From contig JAZQOS010000022.1 in the NCBI GenBank assembly GCA_045627925.1, positions 64,063 to 128,062 on the forward strand: 64,000 nt of DNA, read 5' to 3'. The stretch comes from Kiritimatiellia bacterium (lineage in GTDB: Bacteria > Verrucomicrobiota > Kiritimatiellia > RFP12 > UBA1067). The notes below the pieces were generated by a model. That model was not told where the DNA came from. It ran no database searches and saw only the letters and a program-made list of their open reading frames with translations. Each line of letters opens with the position of its first letter. Position 1 is the stretch's first letter. Shown here in pieces: positions 57,301 to 64,000 of this stretch. Position numbers and translations under genes: made by a program.

Positions 57301-59596
57301 GAACAACAACCTCGCTGGCCTTAATATTAACAATGGTAGCTCCAGTGCGCCAATTATTTTCAGCAAGGTAAAAGGCGACGGTAATCTCATTGCGAACGAA
57401 ACTGGCAACACCGCGGCGCAGAAACTCGCGATTGGCGATGCGTCTGAGCTTGTTGGTCAGATTTGGATGCGCCAGAACAAGGGCGTTACCCTCGGCTCGA
57501 CGACGAGCGCGGCGGCTAACAACCAGATTTTGGTTGCGGACGGAGCGACGATTACCTTCGCTAGTCAGACCTGGAATGCTGGCAGCATCAGCTTTGCCGG
57601 TGCGCTTAATGTCATCGGTGAACTTGGTAGCACCATCGCTGTCGGAGTTGAGCCGACCGCTCTCCCGACCTCGGTCACGCTCGTTGGCGAAGAGGGCGAC
57701 TACACGCTCGCGTATGATAATGGCAATCTTATGGTTGCTAATGCTGAAGTTGCGGTTGCAATCCCAGAGATTGCTGGCACGGATGTCGTTGTTACTGTTG
57801 AGGGTGTTGAAGAACCAATCGGAGTCATTGAAGGCTATGCCGCGATTCCGTATGGTGCGGATATGACCGTTACTTACACGGCTCAGCCCGGAAGACTTTT
57901 CAAGGATGAAACCGAAGAATTGGAACTTACTTTCTATGGTGTAACTGAAGATCCAAATATTGAAGAGGAAATTGAAGGCGAGGAAACCGTTGAGATCTCT
58001 GCTGAGATTGATGGGGCGGAGTTCGCAATGGTGCAGAATGCGCTTGATACTGCCGCTAAAGCAACCGATAGCGCCAAGACCGTCAAGCTCTTGCGTGATG
58101 TCGAGGAAGATGTTGCATTCACCATGGTTGCCAAGAATGTGATTCTTGACCTCAACGGCTTTGCGCTTGTCGGTAACATTTCGGCTACGGCTCCAGAAAG
58201 CAGCACGCTTGTCTTCACCATCAAGAATCCTGTTGGTGAAGATTATGAGGGTGGTGTAGTGAATGGCGATATCACCATGACCAATGGTAAGCTCACGATT
58301 AGCCGCAACTCTACGCTTGATACTATTGTTGTTGGTAGCATTATCCTCAACAATGTTGTTGATGCGTCGATTCAAGGTACGGTCTATCAAGAGGATCCGT
58401 CTAAGGCGGCAATCACTGTCAATGGCGCAAGCTCCTTGTTGAAGATTACTAATGTCGCGAACATTTCTGCAACTGGTACGGCGATTGATGCCAAGGCGGG
58501 TACGGTCAAGATTCTCAGCAACAGCAGCACTTCGACTTCGGTCATTGAAGGCGCGATTGTTGCGGCAGACGGAGTGGACTTGGTTGTTACCGGTGGTACT
58601 TTCACTACCGATCCTTCCGATATCGTCAGCTATGGTTATGTGGCTATTGAACAGGATACCGATCCTGTGACTTGGAAGGTTGTCAAGATGGTCCTCCCGA
58701 CGGCGACGCAGACGCCGGCCACGGTCGAAGGTTGCGAAGTTGGCGTCACCTATGGTCTTGGCACTGAGGCGGTCGGATATGACGATTGGAACGTCGACTT
58801 TGAGGTTTCTTCGGATGTCGCGCTTGGCAGCGATGAGTTCACGCTCAAGGGCTCTAACCCGCTCGATGGTGAGACGATGGTTGAGTTCCCAGCGTTTGAG
58901 CTTGCAAAGGATACACCTGTCAAACTCCTTGCGACCTTTGCATCTCAGTTCAAGGTCACCTACGCGCAGCTCATTGCGGCTACGCAGACCTATACTTGCG
59001 GCGTGGTCAACAACGTCAAGCAGGAGGCGAACGTGACGGTGAAGATCGTCCTTTCGAAGGAAGGCAAAGAAGACATCGTCGTCGATGGCTCGGAATTCAA
59101 TACGACGCTCAAGGCGAAGGCGATTGAGCCGGTTGTTCCTGGCGAGGATATTGATATCCCGGATGACAAGGATCCGGAAGAATATGCTGGGGAAGTCGAA
59201 GCTCAAAAGGCAACGCTCCTCAAGGCGCCGGTTGAACTTACCGGTGAAGCGCTCACGACCTATCAGGGCTACTTCACGGCTCAGGTCGTTGGCGACAACA
59301 AGGTTGCGTTCGTGTTGAATACGGACGGCGAGAATGCGGTTAAGGCAGAGGTTAAAGCCGTTGAAGCCGATGTGCTCTCGGTGGCGCTCTCCGCTGATGC
59401 CGAGCTCACGATTGCAGATCCGCTCAAGGGCTTCTACTACTCGCTCAAGCAGGGTGGTGAGCTTACGGGCCTTGTCTTCAATGACGCTGGTGACAAGAAT
59501 AAGCTTGGTGGCAAGGTTGAAATCAAGTTTACGCTTACGAAGCCGGAAGGCAAGGGCTTCTATCAGACAATTGTCACGCCAGTTGAATATAAGTAA
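51389..59596 (+). CDS. Giant secreted/surface protein (2,735 aa) with three LamG/ConA-like modules plus beta-helix/PATR-like segments
   Basis: Signal peptide MKKTLNVVRYALVSLFSFVFIGSAVA. LamG-like blocks lie at nt ~51490-52075, ~53840-54440 and ~55690-56290. KKTGVGTLIITS and TKTGAGTLEIG are PATR-like. A hairpin terminator lies downstream. Confidence 0.9.
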   Translation: MKKTLNVVRYALVSLFSFVFIGSAVAGLGSTPKFGHTFNGSIVNIGSTDISTVKGITGTYVDGRDEGVQALQFTSGGATGNTTGCNPGTSTFTVCLIAKMPDLGSNRICLWAWGPSGNDMYGLFASGNTVSFGYGTTSVLSTTVDNITDFHTYVVTYNGGSIVLYVDGVQKATGSYGANTNRTAYGIFSVANGKSASEMSCVDSIGLTVQDWRFYTEVLSAADIKTYSGVKEEKCTATISDNSTWGDLTWNPSAPTATKVAELTVSADSTLTLDANSAFSSLKLSGSSNLTIVGIKGADAGKVDASTFTGNLTLEIDVTTGCTADDSLKDLIRSAPTTAKFIFKGSGSNGATLDFGNGNSTLNTHIVFDGGTHTFVYGQGATNRDFGANATADNPTVYLKSGTLTFKGKDLCGYQGTFNANGIIRADAGSTLKFDRNSGTFFYRQQLYLMPGATVNILNSDFYLQGGVDGSQIFVPASAIGSDPVTITGAIKLHHEATQGVGIEVGQNSTLKVATFDVAGNASNNKIIKKTGVGTLIITSASTIPNVEIAEGAFGLGEGATVANLKLDQATTIDVLSGSATITALTGDYAITKTGNGMLKLPSSYTNTVTINGDVDFDGSTLPFAWTLGTDSTGSIKLPSGFQFGKIVKASEIPAGLTFYDSDGETIVSSRFEIDGEGFLELKKTEINGQYDVTDSEPVDGDLVFGEKGSINITRAGVTLIATGTITLPEVGLSVLFSCDKEYVNGTAIPLITAANFLVGEADATIDDFKLPTMTLPKGMAGEFRLVDNSDTKSLVYAITKSDYYTEAVATILENASLVRRFDASRGVTVGDNDKVTAWVDLCGNAAAAPYSAGQVNDQPAYCVGDLREYIDFGVTGSGKDLRFERLTNAKTVIEVIDIETSGNAFLLGDNADYNFHRGSNGQYGANGNAKFSTVRDNGSVVENWSGTVIPTGFRVISLKLSQNCAADCFSSDRNGCNQGRTGGRKLSELLVFSAELTDDQFETIENYLTAKWNLNVTNTASIGGTVNWSDIWKSTPFYEGSPTKITLTGNTVLTYDAPAPVGNITFVNEGGYTLEQVVTSATELASALTISADETYTFKGGAVEGETVTFGNAITVNGILKTEGYVNLNANNTVPGGTLEVVNGQATLKFAGQGVSNGGTLTIDAGAKAVAASGDAFSYANNASFTLNVYGALNMGGNRWTFKGSDGALNIYGGAEITGTGDGNGALDMYVQICAAVNGDSKEATVAAPFKYSTDTTVDVGDGMTLKLTGAVKSNQTRTLTKTGAGTLEIGASQGNVTIAATAGVVVLNDASYVKSVSTSGTGNVEIAGGEYDVGYVRDFSALGNITTSGEGKIKVAATAADDGTLTIVNVPAGMAVAVYDADGTTPLVFDYKEGTITATCSIKVDGAACYYDWTFTNSVQTTGAKTLATSAYSKNQGTLQGDLDTSYADQNEDGLYTSLYTSVRPWANLNWSTVGRPWTIALAGKMSEYPNTVFISLGGANKTFFFSTTDTPNEVRLVYGTNQNNCEEITVMSVPAASTLVHVYEITLSADGKDLTVYLDGLEWASSHKEEGFEMINGIQVSGWYNGNYFSSGYKRDGDNGQQDNDKVGRIKMLRIYNSILGPNAMAKLSEEFPYNPQFGAYSRTLDEATEDWSATEAWTDDDSQPTDVPVDGSVANLTVGVNSELTINVGEEIHQESISIVGQNNEGQELRIKAGSGEIVNDGATVITTPVTIEYGAMTIAGGPTKINGNGSVTFDFSEYPIDTVIDVAYGEGRLGLTGLCDAPASNDKTTWPVKLIVPDDLKGRKMTIEYTGNNKYELVYGIDRVATTLYLTADTTLGDDTLFATSAEGTADTLRLFAEDVIVVPSGKTLTINPTTTLAIPLTTPIKGAGTISATGFTLKDTTPLFALDSTWTGTVEFTYLTMAGDSAGSTWFDLNRYGNANSKVTLTGVAGFMKTNTEFLPEVTLKNNNLAGLNINNGSSSAPIIFSKVKGDGNLIANETGNTAAQKLAIGDASELVGQIWMRQNKGVTLGSTTSAAANNQILVADGATITFASQTWNAGSISFAGALNVIGELGSTIAVGVEPTALPTSVTLVGEEGDYTLAYDNGNLMVANAEVAVAIPEIAGTDVVVTVEGVEEPIGVIEGYAAIPYGADMTVTYTAQPGRLFKDETEELELTFYGVTEDPNIEEEIEGEETVEISAEIDGAEFAMVQNALDTAAKATDSAKTVKLLRDVEEDVAFTMVAKNVILDLNGFALVGNISATAPESSTLVFTIKNPVGEDYEGGVVNGDITMTNGKLTISRNSTLDTIVVGSIILNNVVDASIQGTVYQEDPSKAAITVNGASSLLKITNVANISATGTAIDAKAGTVKILSNSSTSTSVIEGAIVAADGVDLVVTGGTFTTDPSDIVSYGYVAIEQDTDPVTWKVVKMVLPTATQTPATVEGCEVGVTYGLGTEAVGYDDWNVDFEVSSDVALGSDEFTLKGSNPLDGETMVEFPAFELAKDTPVKLLATFASQFKVTYAQLIAATQTYTCGVVNNVKQEANVTVKIVLSKEGKEDIVVDGSEFNTTLKAKAIEPVVPGEDIDIPDDKDPEEYAGEVEAQKATLLKAPVELTGEALTTYQGYFTAQVVGDNKVAFVLNTDGENAVKAEVKAVEADVLSVALSADAELTIADPLKGFYYSLKQGGELTGLVFNDAGDKNKLGGKVEIKFTLTKPEGKGFYQTIVTPVEYK

Positions 59597-59613
59597 GCCA
59601 AACGGTTAGATCC

Positions 59614-59650
59614 AAACATGAAGGAGCGGGGAAGCCGCTCCTTTATGTTT
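59614..59650 (+). terminator. Rho-independent terminator, near-twin of the element at 10010-10046
   Basis: AAACATGAAGGAGCGG, loop GGAAG, CCGCTCCTTTATGTTT (16 bp including one G-T pair), then TT. Confidence 0.85.
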
Positions 59651-59686
59651 TTAATGCCGTTGACGATGTCGCACGTTTTTGGTAAT

Positions 59687-59763
59687 ATTGCAAATACGAG
59701 CGGCTTATTGCATTAACCTTTATGAGTTATTGCAATAAAGTGCAATGAAATGCAATATTGCAT
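59687..59763. promoter_or_regulatory. Array of TGCAAT/ATTGCA half-sites including two perfect palindromes (operator-like)
   Basis: ATTGCA occurs at 59687, 59707 and 59729. TGCAAT occurs at 59731, 59741 and 59751, an exact 10-bp phasing. TTATTGCAATAA (59727-59738) and ATGCAATATTGCAT (59750-59763) are perfect palindromes. The GGAGG Shine-Dalgarno of the ATPase gene follows at 59770. Confidence 0.6.
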
Positions 59764-59778
59764 ATCTTTGGAGGTAAA

Positions 59779-61011
59779 ATGTCAAGAAACTTTGAGAAGA
59801 TAGTCCTTGAGCAACGCGAGGAGTTAAGACATTTATTGGTCCAAGATGTGCTTTTCCGCTCATCTATGCGGAGCGTCGAGGTAAACAGTCCCTTTGCTCA
59901 GGCAGTTCTTGGGATGCGACGTGCTGGTAAGTCGGTGGTTTGCCGTAAAGCATTGTCGGACGCAGGGGTGGCGTTTGGGTATGTAAACTTTGACGATGAG
60001 GCACTATTGAATCTAACCGCTGATCAGTTAGATGATGTCTTACAGGCGGTGCTTGCGGTCTATGGGCCAGTTAAACACTTTTTATTTGATGAAATTCAAA
60101 ATGTTGAAGGGTGGCATCTTTTTGTCAATCGTTTATTGCGATCAGGCAATCATGTGGTAATCACCGGATCCAATGCGCGGCTACTTACGAGCGAATGGGC
60201 TACTCATTTAACAGGTAGATTTTTACCGATTGAGGTCTATCCTTTTTCCTTTGGCGAGTATGTCGCTTGGTCAAAGCTTCCCGTCAAAGAGGCATGGAAA
60301 AACTATTTCTTCCGTGGAGGACTTCCGGAAACATTTGCGATGCCCGATATTCGCGGATATATCACCGCTTTGTATAATTCGATCCTCTCTAAAGACATCC
60401 TTGGTCGTCATCAAGTGCGTAATGCTCAGCGATTCATTGACGCCGCGTATGTCATTATGCAGCAATATGCTCGCGAGATATCCCATGATGCGCTCGCAGT
60501 TAAGGCCGGCGTATCCAGTGCGCATACTATGCAAACGTATCTATCCTACTTGGAAGAGTCGTGTTTAGTGTCGCGGATTCGCAAATATTCTACTAAAATA
60601 GTCGAACGTATTCGCAACGACAAGTTGTATGTTGCCGATCCGGCGCTTATCTCGTACTTTACCGGGGTTTTGGGAACTGACGAGGAACTTGGCTGGCGAT
60701 TGGAGAATATCGTCTATTTGGAACTATTACGCCGGAGAAAGGCGATGGATGTGGAAATCTTTTATTATCGAGATCAATCCTATGATATTGATTTCTGCTT
60801 GACCGAACACGGAAAGATTGTCGAACTTATTCAAGTGTCGTATACGATAGAAAACGAAAAAACACGCAAACGTGAACTTTCTTCGCTTTTAGGTGCTGGT
60901 AGAAAGCTTAATTGCCCGCGCCTTACTCTGATTACCGACCATGAAGAAGAAGTGTTTTCAGTAGATAATCAAGTTGTAAAGATAGTCCCAGCGACTAATT
61001 ACTTGCAATAA
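59779..61011 (+). CDS. COG1373-type AAA ATPase (AAA_14 + DUF4143 C-terminal domain)
   Basis: Walker A GMRRAGKS, Walker B LFDEIQNVEGW, GSNARLL, LTGRF..IEVYPFSFGEY, and a C-terminal LENIVYLEL...YDIDFCL region (PD-(D/E)xK-like). A GGAGG Shine-Dalgarno precedes the start. GC is about 40-50%. Confidence 0.85.
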   Translation: MSRNFEKIVLEQREELRHLLVQDVLFRSSMRSVEVNSPFAQAVLGMRRAGKSVVCRKALSDAGVAFGYVNFDDEALLNLTADQLDDVLQAVLAVYGPVKHFLFDEIQNVEGWHLFVNRLLRSGNHVVITGSNARLLTSEWATHLTGRFLPIEVYPFSFGEYVAWSKLPVKEAWKNYFFRGGLPETFAMPDIRGYITALYNSILSKDILGRHQVRNAQRFIDAAYVIMQQYAREISHDALAVKAGVSSAHTMQTYLSYLEESCLVSRIRKYSTKIVERIRNDKLYVADPALISYFTGVLGTDEELGWRLENIVYLELLRRRKAMDVEIFYYRDQSYDIDFCLTEHGKIVELIQVSYTIENEKTRKRELSSLLGAGRKLNCPRLTLITDHEEEVFSVDNQVVKIVPATNYLQ

Positions 61012-61015
61012 ATAT

Positions 61016-62101
61016 ATGAATAAGTTTGCGATAGTACTTTTGGCGCAACTGGCGCTTGGCGCCTTTGGCGGCGAGTTCGTCGAAGCGTATCTGCTTATCG
61101 CCGAGCCCGGCGGCGAGTTATATTCTTGTGCGGGGCATGCCGCACTTCGCCTGAAGTGCGATGAGCACAAGCTTGACTATTGTTTTTCGTACGAAAGCGA
61201 GCCGGTAGCTGAAAAGGTGCTTACTTTCCTTTCGGGGCGACTGAAAATGGGGATGTTTGCCGTTCCTGCTGAAGAATATTTGTCGTTCTATTGCAACGAC
61301 CATCGTGGGGTTACCGAGTATCATCTTAACTTGCCACTTGAAATAAAGCGCCAGCTTTGGAAAGTGATGGATGAAAAGGTTGCCGAGGGAGTGCGGCTGC
61401 CTTATGATTATTTGGAGCGTGGTTGCGCGCAATCGGTCTTGCGGCGCTTGATGGAAGCGGCAAAACCCTTGCAAATTGACTTTGGGCAATGGCCGGACAA
61501 TATTGCCACAAAAACTCGGCGAGAGCTTTTTTGCGAATGCTTGGATGACTTTCCGTGGAATCGCTTCTTTACCCAATCGCTGGTTGGCATTGAAGCCGAT
61601 AAGAAGGTGCTTAGATATCAGCGCGTAGTCGTGCCCAGGGATTTGCTTGTGGTCTTAAGGGGCGCAAAGATCGCGGGCAAGTCCATTATTACCGACGAAG
61701 GTAAATCGCTTATTTCGCCCAGCCCAATCAGCCGCACTTCTTGGTTTTCACCTTGTTTTGCAAGCGCAATTGTGGTACTTTTTGCGCTATTAAGCTTCCT
61801 TAAAGGGTGGATTGGAAGGACGTTTAAGATAATCCTTTATGGAATTTATGTTGTTTATGGCGTTTTCTACACGTATCTCGTCTTTTGTTCAAGTTTGCCG
61901 GCGACCTCGTGGCATTGGCTTGTTGTGCCGTTTAATATCTTGCCGATTGTCTTTTGGAAATGGCGCAAGAAGTGGAGATGGTATTTTGCGGGAATATTGC
62001 TAACATGGATTGGCGGAATGTTGCTTTATCCGAATTTACTCATCGATCCCGCCTATTATATTTTGGTTGCAGTGTATATGGTATTCTGTGCGAGAATATG
62101 A
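61016..62101 (+). CDS. DUF4105 (Lnb N-terminal periplasmic domain) protein with a C-terminal polytopic membrane domain
   Basis: Signal peptide. LLIAEPGGELYSCAGHAALRL..., RGVTEYHLNL and YDYLERGCAQSVLRRL match my memory of the DUF4105 consensus. Four or five hydrophobic helices lie at the C-terminus. Confidence 0.7.
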   Translation: MNKFAIVLLAQLALGAFGGEFVEAYLLIAEPGGELYSCAGHAALRLKCDEHKLDYCFSYESEPVAEKVLTFLSGRLKMGMFAVPAEEYLSFYCNDHRGVTEYHLNLPLEIKRQLWKVMDEKVAEGVRLPYDYLERGCAQSVLRRLMEAAKPLQIDFGQWPDNIATKTRRELFCECLDDFPWNRFFTQSLVGIEADKKVLRYQRVVVPRDLLVVLRGAKIAGKSIITDEGKSLISPSPISRTSWFSPCFASAIVVLFALLSFLKGWIGRTFKIILYGIYVVYGVFYTYLVFCSSLPATSWHWLVVPFNILPIVFWKWRKKWRWYFAGILLTWIGGMLLYPNLLIDPAYYILVAVYMVFCARI

Positions 62102-62131
62102 TACACTATATCCAAATATGGGGAAAGGCAA

Positions 62132-64000
62132 ATGAATAAGCTTCTCGCATATAGTTTGATGTTTTTATCGCTCTTCGCCAGTACCTCTGCGTGGGCGGGG
62201 AGTGATTATTATGCCAAGCTCACGGTTTCTTGTTCTGGCACGGGGGATGGCAAGATTTATGCGAGCACAGCATCGGCATCTTCGCCCGCGTACCAGACCG
62301 ATGCAATGGAGGTTACGGCCACGAAGAACGCGCAAAGCGCGCCTACCTTGACTTTCTACATTTATGCGGAAGCACAGTCAGGATCAAAATTCAACGGCTG
62401 GACGGCGACTGACGGTGTGACGATCGCTAATGCAACCAGTGCCTCAACAACTGCTACTATGAAGGGCAGTACTTCAACCGCCACCGGTACGGTAACGGCG
62501 AATTTCGAGAAGGAAACGCTCACCGCCTTCTCCGTCACCTATCTCGCTCCGCAGAATGGCTCGTACACCGTTGACGGAACGACTGTCGGCAGCGGCGGCC
62601 TGACCAGCGCTGGCTACACCGAGGTCTACAAGCCCCGTCTTGTTGCAACCGCAGCAGACGGCTACGCCTTCAACGGCTGGTACACCACCACCGACGGAGG
62701 GGTGACGAAAACGCCGCTATCGCAGGAATCGCCATACACTGCGAGCTTCATTGCCGGAGCGACCGTTGGTGCGGACTTTGTTCCTTGCGTAAAGGTGACT
62801 ACTACTGCCGCGCTGACCACTTCGCTCGCTAATGATACCGTCATCGAGATTCCGACTGGGACGGCAATATCGCTTGATAGTAATGCGACTCTTGCTTCTG
62901 GTAAAACGCTGATTGTAAATGGCGAGCTCTATGTGAGCGCTATATTCACTAATAACGGCACGATCACTGGCGGAGGTGCGATTATTACCCTCAAGAAACT
63001 TGTGACGCAAACTTGCGCGAGCGGTGATACACCTTTCAAGACATCCTGCGTTGTTGACAGCTACAATAAGAAATATTACAAGACCACCATTGAAAGTATG
63101 AGTGGTGCCGTCTCAGGCACCGCGCCTGGTTGCACCGTAAAGAATGGTGCGCGCGTCGTGCGCAATGGAGACATTGTTGCGCAATGCGGCTGGCCGACGG
63201 ACATGACGCCAGCGATATTAAGTTGCACCTTCAACGCAACAAAGGCGGTCAACGCAATTACAGGCTTTAATAATCCTTGCTATTATGCTAATAACACGTC
63301 CAATATCGGTAAGGCATTGTTGGCGGCTAAGAATAGTCCGTCATCCGTGATGCTTCTTCTCTTGTCCAATGTTACTGTTGATAACGATGTTGTCTTGTCT
63401 GATAAAGGCTTGTATGTAGTGCAAACAACCTATAATAAATTTAGTGGCGATTATGGTACTATCGATTTGGCAAATAACACATGGACGGTAAGCCCCAAAA
63501 ATTTTCATAGCTATAGTCACACGATTCTCAATGGCAAATTAGCCATAACGACGCTCATGTATGGAGGAACGCTCAACTGTTTTAATCTCGGCTTGGCAAG
63601 TTCTAAAAGTTATTTGCTGACTAACCAGATTAAGGTAGATGGTGGTGCGAATATCAATATTTACGATTGTACTACCGATAAGGTTTTTGGGAGTTATAAT
63701 GGATCGGGAACTCCTAATGGTAGTATCAATTTTTACTCCGGCAGTGAAACGATTTATAATACAAGTAATTTTGCGAGCACGAAATCTGCTTACCATATCT
63801 ACGGTGGGCGATGGAAAACGCAGCCGGACGAAAGTTACATTGCTGACGCAATGAAATCGGATTATGCTTTTTATCAGACGAGTGAAGATGATACATCGTT
63901 TTCACTCAAGCTTAAGACCGACCAGACCGTAGTCACCTTCGACGATGGTAACGACGATGTTAAAAAATATGAATCTCTTGCCGAGGCGTTCAATGCGCTT
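62132..64000 (+). CDS. Secreted Cys-rich repeat protein, 3'-partial (>623 aa), with two InlB-B/Flg_new-type repeats and beta-helix-like segments
   Basis: This ORF is absent from the ORF track because it has no stop in the window. I translated it by hand, and frame 2 is open from ATG 62132 to the window end. Signal peptide MNKLLAYSLMFLSLFASTSAWA. Motifs GSKFNGWTATDG and GYAFNGWYTTTDGG. A GGAAAGG Shine-Dalgarno precedes the start. Confidence 0.75.
   Translation, partial: MNKLLAYSLMFLSLFASTSAWAGSDYYAKLTVSCSGTGDGKIYASTASASSPAYQTDAMEVTATKNAQSAPTLTFYIYAEAQSGSKFNGWTATDGVTIANATSASTTATMKGSTSTATGTVTANFEKETLTAFSVTYLAPQNGSYTVDGTTVGSGGLTSAGYTEVYKPRLVATAADGYAFNGWYTTTDGGVTKTPLSQESPYTASFIAGATVGADFVPCVKVTTTAALTTSLANDTVIEIPTGTAISLDSNATLASGKTLIVNGELYVSAIFTNNGTITGGGAIITLKKLVTQTCASGDTPFKTSCVVDSYNKKYYKTTIESMSGAVSGTAPGCTVKNGARVVRNGDIVAQCGWPTDMTPAILSCTFNATKAVNAITGFNNPCYYANNTSNIGKALLAAKNSPSSVMLLLLSNVTVDNDVVLSDKGLYVVQTTYNKFSGDYGTIDLANNTWTVSPKNFHSYSHTILNGKLAITTLMYGGTLNCFNLGLASSKSYLLTNQIKVDGGANINIYDCTTDKVFGSYNGSGTPNGSINFYSGSETIYNTSNFASTKSAYHIYGGRWKTQPDESYIADAMKSDYAFYQTSEDDTSFSLKLKTDQTVVTFDDGNDDVKKYESLAEAFNAL

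Noticed and set aside
52994-59206. A 2,070-aa ORF on the minus strand, the longest antisense ORF in the window
   Set aside because: It is exactly codon-aligned antisense to giant gene 2. Its product is low-complexity and Arg-rich (RRR, NRR runs). It has no Shine-Dalgarno or promoter. Its openness is fully explained by the sense gene never using TTA/CTA/TCA. I treat it as a shadow ORF.
59687-59763. The TGCAAT repeats as a CRISPR array or a transposon terminal repeat
   Set aside because: The unit is only 6 bp at a 10-bp period, with no spacers. No transposase or cas genes are nearby, and no matching inverted copy occurs elsewhere in the window.

Overview
This is a densely coded 64-kb stretch of a high-GC bacterial chromosome. 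My hand GC counts on single 60-nt lines are 43/60 in infB, 30-32/60 in the two giant genes, and 22-24/60 in the sulfatase, the NTase pair and the last 4.3 kb. The gene content (giant PATR/LamG surface proteins, a sulfatase, GH2/GH20/GH84 enzymes and a 51-aa 'small basic protein') suggests a PVC-superphylum organism, Lentisphaerota/Kiritimatiellota/Verrucomicrobiota-like. That placement is inference only.

Layout, left to right:
- 1-13.4 kb (accessory): the 3' 9.9 kb of a giant surface protein, then a sulfatase fused to a PATR display module, then a translationally coupled NTase-fold + orphan small-protein pair.
- 13.4-20.2 kb: a six-gene polyamine operon (speA-speE-potD-speB-CANSDH-CANSDC).
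- 20.2-32.6 kb: nusA-infB-rbfA-truB-ribF, a frameshifted phosphomannomutase, a PHP phosphoesterase, potABC and lepA.
- 32.6-39.6 kb (mostly minus strand): small basic protein, PPIase, recO, a methylthiotransferase, a plus-strand GH20-like gene, a CPBP protease and aspS.
- 39.6-51.2 kb: rsmE, GH2, GH84, tdh-kbl, alkaline phosphatase, a YibE/F-like protein, three tRNAs and guaB.
- 51.3-59.6 kb: a second giant surface protein (2,735 aa).
- 59.65-64 kb: a low-GC, atypical-codon island holding a COG1373 ATPase (behind a phased TGCAAT operator-like array), a DUF4105 membrane protein and a 3'-partial Cys-rich secreted protein.

No rRNA, CRISPR array, transposase, integrase or phage genes were seen.

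The observations I consider most worth following up are:
- the NTase/orphan pair;
- the TGCAAT array and its island;
- the ~390-aa cassette shared by the two giant genes, and their twin palindromic terminators;
- the dual-route polyamine operon;
- a recurrent extended -10 box placed 7-10 nt before start codons that lack a Shine-Dalgarno (candidate leaderless mRNAs);
- a perfect 18-bp in-frame duplication in GH84.
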